A stretch of 63,016 bases of DNA, filler included, from Phoronis australis (lineage: Eukaryota; Animalia; Phoronida), in assembly GCA_002633005.1 (NCBI GenBank). It is 10 parts of 10 records of this genome, joined end to end, with 100 filler letters (N's around TTAATTAATTAA, not from the genome) between each part and the next. Parts side by side here need not be neighbours in the genome. Positions count along the whole stretch, not along the records: positions 33,281 to 38,470 come from NMRA01002399.1; positions 38,571 to 41,094 come from NMRA01003632.1; positions 41,195 to 48,868 come from NMRA01000098.1; positions 48,969 to 54,696 come from NMRA01001495.1; 6 more parts are not named here. The stretch is one strand, 5' to 3'. The translations under genes were made by a program, and so were the position numbers. Below are positions 38,243-50,766 of the stretch, in pieces. Below the pieces are notes generated by a model. That model was not told the origin of the DNA and made no database searches. It was given only the letters and a program-made list of their open reading frames with translations. Every line of letters begins with the position of its first letter. Position 1 is the first letter of the stretch.

Positions 38243-39628
38243 CAACAACACGTTTTTTCCTGTTATTTTTGGTTGGCAAAAGACTAATAATACACTTAAG
38301 CACGGAAGGTGTATTCGTAAAAATGTTACGTACTCTCTTCATGTGGATGGTCCGTGTATTTCGGCAACCCGTATAGTTAGTCAAGACAAAATTTTCGGGC
38401 GAATCGCTCACGCTTTGACGAAATTGTGTAAATTTTGTCGCTATTATAATTTTTGCGCTCTTTCAGAAAANNNNNNNNNNNNNNNNNNNNNNNNNNNNNN
38501 NNNNNNNNNNNNNNTTAATTAATTAANNNNNNNNNNNNNNNNNNNNNNNNNNNNNNNNNNNNNNNNNNNNCGAAACTACAACAACGCGTTTCAGTCGTGT
38601 AACTGTATCATTACCTCGATGAAATCCGTACTGTATCGCAGATGCTAAGTTACGTAAAATCTATTTTGAAAAGAACGCGGTCATTTTCAGACCTCAGTAC
38701 TCCCCACTCAACAAAGGTACCGTAAGCGCCTCAGCAATGCGCGTCACAAACACGCATATTCAAGGTTCCCTATGTCAAAATCTTAATGTTACTGTGAGCT
38801 ATGAAGATTTACGGGTGATTTTAATGTATTTGGTGACAACGCCACCTCTGTTAGAAAACGTCAACTATCCCACTTCAGCACGATTTCCAAGGGAATTGAA
38901 ACGGTTTTCATTGCCATGTCGTTTATTGAAACTCATATCGGTCTTTCGGCTTCCTCTACAAGGGTGGGTTTAGCAAGAAAGCCGCCAGATTAAAATTCAA
39001 TGCGTGGCATTATTGTTTATCGCGAAACAAATCTTTAATAGCTATTACGGCTAATAACGAAATTACGGGTTAGACATTGAATAGTGCGGTTGCCCGACAT
39101 CCAAGAAAAGTTGGTTGCCCAGTGTTTAGCAAACAATTCGTGCCTTTTCAGGATTTGTTTAGATTTGCAATATACATTTCGCAGGACCGAGGCCAGAACT
39201 AAGACATTCGATGATGAAAACGCTAGGCTTAATGTCAGTTTACACAAATGAACAAAGTAACCCAGGTTAAAAAACGTTTTCTATTCTAAACAGAGTGTGT
39301 GCTCGAGTGCGTAAGCTGTTCATTTTTAAGAAATACCTCGATACCGTGCCCGTCGTCACACCAGCAGATTGGAATGAAAACACAAGGACACAATGTACGG
39401 AAGACCCTAAGGGACTTCTAATTTCTTAATTCTGGGAATTTATATCTCAACACAGCTTACGTGCCACTAGTGGCGGATATATGCGCAGTCCACACTGAAA
39501 AATAAGTTTTGATAACATGTGTATTGCGAAAATGAAATCGAGAAATCTGGCTAATGGCTAATTCACGAGTAGGTGGAACCATAGAAAAATATTCAAATTT
39601 TGTTAACTTCGAAACATCATATTATGTG

Positions 39629-39784
39629 CACTGCTGTAGTGGGGCGTAGGCGCACGTAGGCGCAGCGAGACCCATTTTGGCATTTGAACATAGCGCCTAC
39701 GCATCGTAAGTTACGTTCAGTGCTCAAGGTTATGCGGTGGCCTTTGGACACCTACTTACCTATAATTTTACCAGTACAGCACTG
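39629..39784. mobile_element. Short MITE (CACTGCTGTAGTGG...CCAGTACAGCACTG)
   Basis: Imperfect 14-bp TIRs with internal CGTAGGCG motifs in both orientations. Confidence 0.45.
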
Positions 39785-42700
39785 ATTAGGTGACACTTTC
39801 GGACCATGTGCATTATCCACTGTTTTACAAAGAGCTATTAGGAATAGTTTTATAATGATCTACTTTGGGGGTATTAAACAAGACTTATTAAAAAAGCATA
39901 AGTTGCATAAAACGAAAACGAAATGATAATTTAGAAAACTGTAACAGCGTGTGTGAGATTTCATTTTGAACATTTACAAACAAAAATCGGTGATGTCATT
40001 GCTAACAGTGGCTGTACCTTTCTCTTTTACTGATTTTTTCTAAACATGCTTGCTCACGTGACCAAACTACTGGCCGTTAGGTATAAAGTAAAAAGCCAAA
40101 TTCTCCAGGCTTTGAATTTTCAAAAAACATGTGCATTCAGGGAGTTGAATTTAACAGTTTTGTAGACATTTGGTTAAGTGCACAGGCGTGTCCATGACGT
40201 CACACATAACCCAAGGCCACGTGGTCTACACTATGTAGTAAATACTAAACAGGTCTGTACCACATATCTACAAAACTAGATATTTAAAAGTAGAAAGCCT
40301 GCGAAGTTTGATTTGTGAATGTTTACCAATCTGCCATTACTTGGATAAGGTGGCCACGTCTTTTAGAAAAATTAAGCAAAATCAAAGGTACATCGACAGC
40401 AAAACAATTGTATAAATGATCATGATTTTGTTTAAATATCGATATTAAATACGAAATTTCAAAAACGCCGTTAAAGTTTTCTGAAATGTCATTTCGTTTC
40501 GTTTCATGGACTGTAGATTACATAAGTCCAATTTTATAGTCCCTCCTACAAAAATAGAACATTTTAAAAATAGTTCCCAAATGCTCACAAAACATTTTAA
40601 GTCTGATCTGCCCGCCACCGACTGGGCACATCATTTGACCTAATGAACACAAGCCGAGAAGATTTCTGCCCAGATCAGGTCTTTCTGAGATAGGATGTTC
40701 CGAAGTTGGCCAAATTCGGACGTCCACTAGGGTCCTACACGACTTTACTTAGGCAGTTGCAAAAACATTCGATTCACCTTGTTCACTCGTTGCTGCGCAG
40801 TGGTCGTTGAATTTAGATTTATTTGGGGTTAGCGTGCCGGGTAACAGTAAGTTATGGACCTTTTTCTGCGACATACATTTTGCTCGCCATCTGTTGGCTG
40901 GAAGTGTAATTGTACTTGCTGCGATGATTGGTTTCATTCTTCTAGGGACACTGGTGTCCAACAACCCACTGCAGATGTCCACACATCTCTTACTGTAAAA
41001 AGGCCATGCCGTGTCTGGTGCATGTACCTTTCACAATGTTTATACTCACACGACAAAAAACAGTCAATTTTTCACCTTGTACACACACACGCACNNNNNN
41101 NNNNNNNNNNNNNNNNNNNNNNNNNNNNNNNNNNNNNNTTAATTAATTAANNNNNNNNNNNNNNNNNNNNNNNNNNNNNNNNNNNNNNNNNNNNTACACG
41201 TGATAAAACTTCACAAAATAACGGTGTTTCTATTAATTCTTAAGCGATCAACTTACCAAACTTTGTGGTGGACAAAAATATTTATTTTTCACAGAAGATG
41301 TCCTTATTACATGTACCAAATATCCACGACAATATCCCTGATATCGCACTGCGGCACTGTTAACGCGCACGCAGTCCTGGCAGACAATCGTGACTTAGAC
41401 TGAGATGTGCTTCTCCTTTTTATCGTATTAAGACAGCCAAAGTGAAAATGACAACCTTATTAATCGCCAAACGACGGTCACATCTTTACTTTCAGTTGCC
41501 AAGAAATTCTCAAACCCTTTACTTGTTTCTGGGGCTACGTGCGCGAAATATGATTTGTCTTTGTTGTTGCCATCGTAAAGTGTAGGCCTACTCCAGCGAT
41601 TCAAGTGCGTGAACTCACGCGTGCACCACTTCAAAGAACAGCGACAGTTCTAAATGAAAGAGTATACCGTCTTGACTCTGGTTTATTTGAAATTGAACTC
41701 AGATTCCAAGCGGTTATAAAAGACCCGATGTCCCGAGACCGATATAACCCAGAACTGAAGTTTTCCTGTTACGATGTTTCCCGAGGTCGATGTTCTGTAA
41801 ACCCTGTATTATATGCCCGTAGCCAGCTATTGCAAATTGCAACTAAACTGGCACTAGATGCGAAATTGTGGTTCAAGTTATTGAACATTTCATTCTTCTA
41901 TTTATACACTTATAAACTTTTCGCTCCCCGAACCACCGTCGCCGTAAAATGTTCAGACTCCTATAGAAACAACCTTGTTCCGGCTGAAGCGGGCAGTTAA
42001 AAAATCATTCCGGGTGGCTAAAAAGGGTACAATGTAGTTGGTAACGATATCCAGAAAGTCACCCCTACCAGATGGAGTTTGCCTCGCAAAATCGTATTAT
42101 TATAACGTTTTTTACCATTGCAGCGTTTTAATATCTTATTACCGCAAACACTTAGGTTAACGACTATACTCACGCACAAGCCTACTCCCTGCCTTTAAAG
42201 TGTTTCATAATAAGCGCTCACTGATCTATTAAAAGTCCCCCCTTAAATTTTGAGAATTTCCAATTAAGCGCCCACAGTTCAAGCTAGCGCCCATCATTGC
42301 GCACTACAAACGACCGCGTGTGGTTTAAAATTGACACGCAGATTATATGGTGTGTGTCAGTTTCATTTTACACAACTTCAGTTTTCAAAAACGTCTTTTC
42401 ACAATATGTAAAAACCAAATCCCAGCTTTGTTTTATACCTCGGAAAGAAAGTTAACACTAGTGACGTGCGTGTCGTTTTGCGACTGACCTATTTTTCCCG
42501 TACTTGGAAGGTATTGAAGAGCAAACTCGCGATTACCCGAGTTAGTTTGAATCGTTAACGACTTTGATGACGGCCAGTAGCAGACCAGATCTAACAAAAT
42601 CCCGGATACTTTTTCAACGGGCATTTTCTCCCTTTTCACATTGCAAATTTAGCTACTCGAATGCACAAGTCAGTTAGAGAGCACTGATTCACTTTTCACG

Positions 42701-45597
42701 CCGGCAACTTGCCTTGCGCTCTAAAGACTTTCAATGGCGGTCGTGAAGAACAGTAAGGCCGTACCTGCATGAATGAAGTCAATTTTGCGATCTGAAATTT
42801 GTGAGTATTTAACGCTGCAGGTGAGAGCATAATCTAAACATTTTCTCGATGATCTAAACAATCTATTATGGCGCGTAAAAAAAGCGGGAAAATTTTGCGA
42901 CCTGGCATTTACTAATGCGAACTGGATTTTGAAAATGCGACCTGGGATTTTGGCTATGCGACCTAGCGATTTTAATAGCGTCGAGCCCTGGTTTCCAATG
43001 CTTTTCGTTCAACATGATTCTAAGTTTCTTTGTACACGCGAAAACCGCGAATTGAAGACTGGTACTCAAAGCGTGCCATTCAGCTGACGACTGTCTCACG
43101 AGTAAACAAAATTGGTGTTAAAAGCATTCCAGTCAAAAGAAACGTCATGTGGTAACGTGTTTTCTGAGGAGTTTGTGGGGTACAATGTTGCGCAGATTTG
43201 GACTTAACCTGCTGTTAATCCGGACTCCACAGGAACTTAAAAATCTTAGAGACCCTATTTGAAAAACTTAAGTGAGGATTTCAGGTTATTTGTTAAGTCG
43301 TATTCTTATTCAAGTTGCCTTATCGACAGTCGTGACACATCAGCAAGTTTTTGCCCTGGGATTTCAGCACAATTTTCTGTAAAATGATCGTAATTTAACA
43401 ATGAAGTTTGATATACACCACAATTTTGTAGAAAGTCTGTGATAGGTTATAGATACGTCGCAGAGGGTAAATTTGATGAATCACAGCACCCCCCCCCCCA
43501 AGCGGACGCTTATTTAGGGCGAATACGGTACATTCATTCATTGTAGAATAACAGTATCAATAACGAAGACCAAATTTTATTTGATCCAAATTTTCAAGAT
43601 GGACACTCAACAATGCTGGCATGACACCTTTCTAAAATATAATTCTAATTTCATTTGATGTAAAAAAATCACAAAATATGTCCTATCTTTGATAGCCTCT
43701 TGTGTATGAGTGGAACTTTTTAAATGCAATTCCTAACAGAATTTTGGAGAAAGCATGTTGCCTGAAAGTTGCATACAAATTTACCAGCATTTCTTAGAGA
43801 TACCATATTCTGAAGTTAGGCAAATTTTGACATCTTTCTGTGGTCTTACATAACTTTAAAGGCCTGTCTACACTCTTTGATTTTTTTCAATTGTTTTATA
43901 TAAGTTTGAGTTAGTTTAAACAGGGATTTTGACATGACTTTGAGGTAAAAAGTCATATACAACAGTCGTAATGTGCAGACAGTGGTCCCTGAGTCACATA
44001 TGAAATTGAAAACTAAAAATCGTACTGTTTAGGTCGAAGGAGCATTTTGCCCTGTTACTCTAACTCAAGGAAAAAATCAATTGGTCTGTTTGCCCTCATA
44101 AAATCGATTTCATAACATTCCCTAGGACACATTCTATTTTGGTTGCCAACATGAACAACATGCATTGCTCGGAACTAGATCCTTAACAGTTAGGAATGTT
44201 ACTTTCTGGACTTACTTCATATAAATGATAACATAGCGTCCCCATCTCCAGGACTTTTCTTGTGGAGACTTCTACAGAGATTGTCCAGAAATTGATTAAT
44301 TTTTGTTTTGCATTATGCCCTAACTGGATGAGTAACATACATTCAATTAGTTAGGAATGTTATGAGACCACTTTTATGAAAGTAAAATTCCTAATTTAAT
44401 TTTTTGTTTCTTAGTCAGCCAAACAGTGTGAAATAGATCTTTTCCTAGTCAGTAAGGTCCTCAGACATGTGTCTTGCTTCCTTTGAAATGAACTTGGTGA
44501 TACTGCGAACACATGTAATTTCTTGTTCATTTCCTGTTAGGGGTTAACTGTTTTCTTTTTTACCATATGCGTTCTCTGATAGCTGAATGAATATTAAAGG
44601 CTGCTGGTACTTGTGATTTAGAATTGAGAGAAAAAAGGAGTTTTTTGCAGTTTCAATTTGGGTCAAGTTCTCATGGTGGCTCAGTTATAGCGATAAAGTT
44701 TCTATGATTAAGTATAATGGTACCTTTTTGTTGTTTTGTTTTTATTTATGGTCAAATGTGCAAATGTAGCTTGAGCCAGTGGATCATGTGTTTGCATTGA
44801 TCCTCTTTAAAAATTAGTTTTGAATTATTTACAGCATAGGTGCTCACATTTTACAACAAAGGAACAGAGAATAAAAATGTTGCATTGATGCACATAAAAA
44901 ATAAAGCTGTTTATTTACAGATTAACTTCTCAAGTTATGTTAAAGGAATAAAAAATGCATTCACTTGCATTGTTCCACAGAAAAATAGTTGTACATTATT
45001 TACAGATTGGTGCTTTCATCTTGCAACAAAGGAATAAGAAATAATAGAATGTGTTGTTTTTGCAATCGACAGATGCAGTAGTCACTCATTGTTTATATCA
45101 TGTCACTCTCATTTTATAGCAATTGAATAAAAAGTAATAATAATAAATATTTTTTCATTGATCCACAGAAAAAAATAGTTTGACATTATTTTCAGCATGT
45201 CACTCTTCTTCCATAGCAAAGGAATGAAAATTTCAAAAAACAGCTCCAATCTTTTGGAGCATGGTTTTGTGTATGTTTTTATGTATCTGATTACTGGTGA
45301 GTTGAATTGGCAATGGGAGGTGTCAAACGTCAAAGGTCGCCCCAGTACTTTGCAGAATAATCCTTTGTTTTGGTTGATAATGGTCAGAATTTGAACAATT
45401 TATTAATAATTTTGTCAGAGTTACATCCAGATGAAGATTCATTCACTGACAGTACTATTTCTATCACTCATGCCACCGCCATAATTGTAGTGAGAATATG
45501 AATATTAATTATGAGGGACAATTCTTACGGAGGGTTTATATAGCAAGATAAGCCTGAAAGTTGCCAGAAACTTGAGTTTCTACTTCCTGTCGGCACA

Positions 45598-45654
45598 ATG
45601 AGCATCCTGGATGTCAAGTTTTCGGAAATCTTGCAAGCGATCTACTGTAATGAA
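45598..45654 (+). CDS. Putative first coding exon of an unidentified gene
   Basis: ACAATG start, MSILDVKFSEILQAIYCNE|gtaaga, phase 0. Confidence 0.45.
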
Positions 45655-46309
45655 GTAAGATAATATTGTTTGTTAATTTTTTGTTAATTTATTGTTTAAA
45701 TACGTTATCTCCTTGTGATTTTTCTTTGGTTTCATTTTGTTTTTCTCCGTTATATTGGTTTACATTTTCTGAAAATTACAGTGGCTCATCTGTTGAATTT
45801 TTTACTACGGTAGTTCTGCACAGCCCTCGACTAATATATTCCTATGGTTTGGTACTTGTATAGCTCTATGAAATTCAGGAAAATATTTTATTCAATTTTT
45901 TGTATGTGAAGGCATTGTGTAAGTTTCAATCAATCTGTGTGAATCATATACACATATTTATATGCACTAGTCGCAAATGTTCCAACGGTATGGTTCATCA
46001 TTTATAGCTCATTAACATAGTGTTAGTAGTTGTTTTTCAAAGAAATATGATATCGTCAAAATTCACCTGGTTCATCAAATTTTGTGACAGGAATCGGACA
46101 AAAAATAACACTGTTCATTTGAAAATTAACCAGAAAACTTTCCTTCTAAATTTTCCTCGATTCTCAACGACAAAAAAATTCATCAATTGTTTTTGGAAAG
46201 CTCTTGTAGTATACTTTAGAATTAGTTACTTAATTTTTGTTTAATAGTTTTCTTAGGTACCAAGTTAAAGCTACATTCTGCAATGTCTGGTAATGTTCAA
46301 AAATGAAAA

Positions 46310-46610
46310 TTGAATTGCTACTCACATAAAATCGGTCGCCTAATATTCTTTACCGTGACAAGATTCCATTTTTGTTGCCAACATGAACACCAAAAACCAT
46401 CTGTGACACATGGAAACGCTTCAGAGTTTATTCGTTCAGAGTTTATTTGCTTCAGAGTTTATTCGTTTCAGAGTTTATTCGCTTCAGAGTTTATTCTCTT
46501 CAGAGTTTATTTGGGTTGATTTTGGTGTTCATGTTGGCAGCAAAAATAGAATCCTTTCAAAATAAAGACTATCATGAGGCTAATTTCATGAGAGTTGAGA
46601 CCCTAATTCT
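46310..46610. mobile_element. Foldback element with a central 15-16-bp microsatellite
   Basis: Arms ATTTTTGTTGCCAACATGAACACCAAAA / TTTTGGTGTTCATGTTGGCAGCAAAAAT enclose about 5 copies of TTCAGAGTTTATTCG. A related arm is at about 44130-44160. Confidence 0.65.
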
Positions 46611-48170
46611 ATTATTGTTTTTTAGCCTTCTAAACAGGACGAAATACACATTTGTTAAACATTACAAAGGTTGATGAACTGGTTTTGTTTTGGATAACCG
46701 AGTTAATTGCTAAAATATGTTGTATTTAGTTGCTTCGAAATTTGATCAAAGACATTAAAAATTACAAAATTTTTTTTTAACTATAAATGCCGTTAAATCT
46801 AAACGAAGTTTTTCTTACCAAGTTCTAGTATTCCTTGATTAAAAAGACTACGACTATATGGCTGCCTTCGTTAAAGATACCTTTTTCAGTTAGATGTTTA
46901 ATTGTTTTAATACTGGTCTCATTTTGTCCCTTCCTCAGATTAGAGCTGATTTGGAGGTTAGGAGAACTGACAGTTATTGCTTGAGACCTGAGGTTGCGAG
47001 TTGAATTGTCATGGTGCACTGTTTTATGCACCGAGTAGTTTCAAGAGTTAGCCAGCTCTTTCGGAGCCCAGAAATCAGACCAGTTTTGTAGCTATAAATG
47101 TTCGTATCAAAAGTTGGTTTTGTTGTTTTACCATGATCAAGCCTGCTTCTCTGGTGTTGAGGTTTCATATCTCTCTTATGTTCTTATGTCCGATTCACTG
47201 TTTGTGTCCTGTCCATTCAGCTCTAGAATGTATCAAACACTGCTGTTTTTACTTTTTGTGCTTCATTTTCAATGAGATCTCTCTTATTTAAACAGTTGCT
47301 AATAAAGTGTAGTCCGTACTTTCATTATTTCCCTAAAACCAACAAGAGGAAGGAGTCGTTCTATGAAATTAAAACTTGATAAATTACTTTTTTTCTCTAT
47401 ACNTCGTGCATGCAGGGTTTTGTGTGCATTGATGATTGAATAGAACTGTAACTTGTTATCACTGTGAAATAATCTTCAGTTTGGGGCACAATATGGTGGA
47501 CATTCAAATTTTATTTTGTGAAATTTCACTTAAAAGAATTTTTCTTTCCATGGTAGGACATTTTTCCCTTGTCGCGAAGAACATTCAGAGCTTTACAAGT
47601 CAAAAAACATTCACAAAATCACAAGACTACCCAGTGACATTCCACTTTGTGAATACTTCAGTTGAATCGAAAGTTATCATGAGTCCGACTAAGTGTTGAA
47701 AACAAGGTTATCAATGACAAGGAATATTTTAAAGTCCTGTTTGAGAGTCTTATTGTGCATCTTTCTTGGTTTCACAATTACTCAAAACATTGTCTGACTT
47801 TTGAACTATAAAATTAATAAAGCAGACATTGCAGTGATCTCCACTTTTTTGCATTCATAAAAATATTGCCAAAGTTGTCATTTTTACATTTTTCAAAGGC
47901 CGATTACCACAAATAAGGGAAAAGTTACCAAAAGTTGGTTTATGATATCTGCACAGTAGAAACTACATTTTGTGGACAAATTTGATAAAACAGAATTTCA
48001 ACGTCGCGCCATTTTGTGTGCTAAATAAGTGAAAAATTATCATATTAAATTTTATTTTTACAAAGAAAAAAATGAAACTTCACTTGTCCACCAAAATGAA
48101 CCTGAATATGGCAAGATGTTATGGAAGTTGAAAAAGGACCTCAGCTTCAATTTGTTCATGTATTTCCCAG

Positions 48171-48305
48171 GTGCCTGGTCTGACCAGCTACATTGACCCT
48201 ACACCCTATATTCCTGAGCTCTCGTATCTGGCGTCCATGGAAGTGGACAGTGTAGGATCCGTCTCGGATGAGTCCTATGTACAGACTCCTGATACACCGC
48301 GAACG
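48171..48305 (+). CDS. Putative internal exon of the same unidentified gene
   Basis: tttcccag|VPGLTSYIDPTPYIPELSYLASMEVDSVGSVSDESYVQTPDTPRT|gtaagt, phase 0-0, GC-richer than its flanks. Confidence 0.6.
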
Positions 48306-48370
48306 GTAAGTGGAATTGAAAAGTATAGTGAAGTGGTTTCCAAAAAAATTGACGAATTTCGATGAAGTTA

Positions 48371-48868
48371 TAGTCCGGGAGCCAGGGGGTTGAACCTGGT
48401 TTTGACGGATAAAGTTTTTTTTTTGCTGTTTCATGTAGCCTAGGGTTAAGTAACCACGATTTAGAGGAGAGCGACCGTCCGCAACCCATTTTTTCAAATA
48501 TGCAAATTAAGGTCGCCATTATGCATTTTGCATATAATTTCCTTACCAAGCACTGCAGCCAGATAATTTTGACGTTTTTACCCATGTTTCCATGGTCAAC
48601 GAATTAATAGTGGCAGTTTTTTCGTGAATGCATTGTCAATTTGCATAATTTATACTAATTAAGGCCGTCATTATTCAAAATTCTTCTCGTGCTTATAGCT
48701 ACTGTACCAGGCACCACAGATGAACTATCATGATTTTTGCACCTATATTCTTTTGGTCAATTAGTTTAATGAAATCGGTTTGCACGTTGTTTCGTGATAA
48801 ATTTGCATATGCATAACTAATGCAAATTAAGGGCATCATTATTCAAAATTCTACTTGTGCTTATAGCT
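48371..48868 (+). mobile_element. Probable DNA-transposon terminus (Academ-like, tentative) with ATGCAAATTA-containing subterminal repeats
   Basis: Begins TAGTCCGGGAGCC. The ATGCAAATTA/TTTGCAT motifs resemble those near the 31421 terminus, and a ~170-bp internal repeat is visible. Confidence 0.4.
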
Positions 48869-50766
48869 NNNNNNNNNNNNNNNNNNNNNNNNNNNNNNNN
48901 NNNNNNNNNNNNTTAATTAATTAANNNNNNNNNNNNNNNNNNNNNNNNNNNNNNNNNNNNNNNNNNNNTTCTTGGGCATGGGCGCTTATTAGGGCAAATA
49001 GCGGCAGAATTACATACACCAACGTAGTTTAATGCACACAAATCGCACGTCGTGCAAACCAATCGGCCATTCAACAGGCGTTAATCAATAACAGTAGCCT
49101 TTGCTCAACCTAATTTCCGGACATGTGCAGTCGTTAAATCGACTGGGTTGCACCTCCGCTATAGAACACTTCGACACTGCAGTATTCGGTACCCACTATT
49201 TCTTTATTGAAACTATCCCATAAGCCGAACGTGAAATGTCTGGTGAGCTACAATTTGTCTGCGGAAGACTTGGGATACTTTACTAAAAATAGACAGTGCT
49301 CTCGTAGAACCAGAATCTATGGAACAAGCGAGAAGTAATTTGCAGATTCAGTTAGACTGGTTGGCCAGATTGGCCAGCTGATCCCCAAAAAACAACTACT
49401 ATTTGCGGTGGGTGGACATTTACCTCAAAGAGAACAATACCCTTAGGCTTTAACCTCCATTGAAGGTGTTTTAATGAGACATGATAATTATTGTCCGTTT
49501 CCAAAGGTGTTCAATGTGTATTGTACATGTACATGTATGTCAGCTTGAGCAGTCATAAGGACAAATAATTTTTCACTGAACACCCCCCCCCGTTTTCTAT
49601 TTAGTATTATTTAGTGGAGGGGTTTGAATACTGCGCTTTTCACTTTGTGTGCAGCACCCGCCCCCCAGCCGGGCAGAACCCGACAGATTGCCCTTGTTTT
49701 TCACCGAGTCAGTACACACGCTAAACTTTACTGGAGTTCTTATGGAGACTTTTACACTTAAAGCGTTTATACAAGTTCAGAGTTGGTAGATGGATCATGG
49801 GATAACTGTGAATGGACGAAGAAAAGGTGAACTCGTTTTGTTATTCGAAGCTGTGAACGGACTAAAATTGGAACTCTACCCGGGCTAGACCTGAATACCG
49901 CAGGCATAGAGGGGGTGATAGTTAATCCCCATAAAAAGTTATCCGTTTCACAATATACAACAACTAAAATCAAATGAAACACGCACATGTGCATATAGAG
50001 CTATAACTTATACATACTATGACTCTGGACACAATTTAGTCAACAAATAACTCGAACATATCCATGAAAACAACCTCGCGTTTCGCTCGACTTTCTTTAA
50101 CCTGGAGCCATTTTGATGAATTTACGTGAAATCACGCCTGTTTACAAATAAAAAGTCCAAGGGACAGAAATCTTTAGAATTTCGCTTGATATCTTCCCAT
50201 GCTATTTCCAAGTGTCACGCGCCAGGTCACGTGCTTCTCTCAGTCTCGCGCTAACCTTTGCCTCATACTCACCTGGCTCAGTTGAAATACTTTGCGGTTA
50301 TGGCGCGTGGGGTGGAAATGTTAACAATAATCTAAAAGTGAAGTAGGAAATCTCCGCCAAAGTCACCTGAATTCTCTTTACAATGCTTTTTCGAAGATAA
50401 ATGTTTAGAAGCAGAAATGATCACTTAAAAATATAGTAAGCGCCTTTTTAATAGTTTTAAGTGTAGAATGTATTTTTAACAAGGTGAAAACTTAATGGGT
50501 GAGCGGATTTCGCTTACCGCCAGCTTAAAACACGCGGGACGAAATTAGAACAGAACGTGATGGAACGTATTGTAGTGCGAATCTGACTCATTTGCCATAA
50601 CATTGAGGCTGATTTGGCATTATACACACTAAAAATTAAAAACTCAGTAAACTGAACAGAATACACTCTGCTACCGTGTCGGGCAAATGGACAAACGACA
50701 AGCTTTTGTCCTACTTCCGGTGATGTCACAGTTAAGTCTCACATAATCTCGCATTATTGTTATTAA

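Noticed and set aside
40749-40992. Possible minus-strand terminal exon (KRCVDICSGLLDTSVPRR...)
   Set aside because: An open frame with a candidate acceptor, but no recognisable domain.
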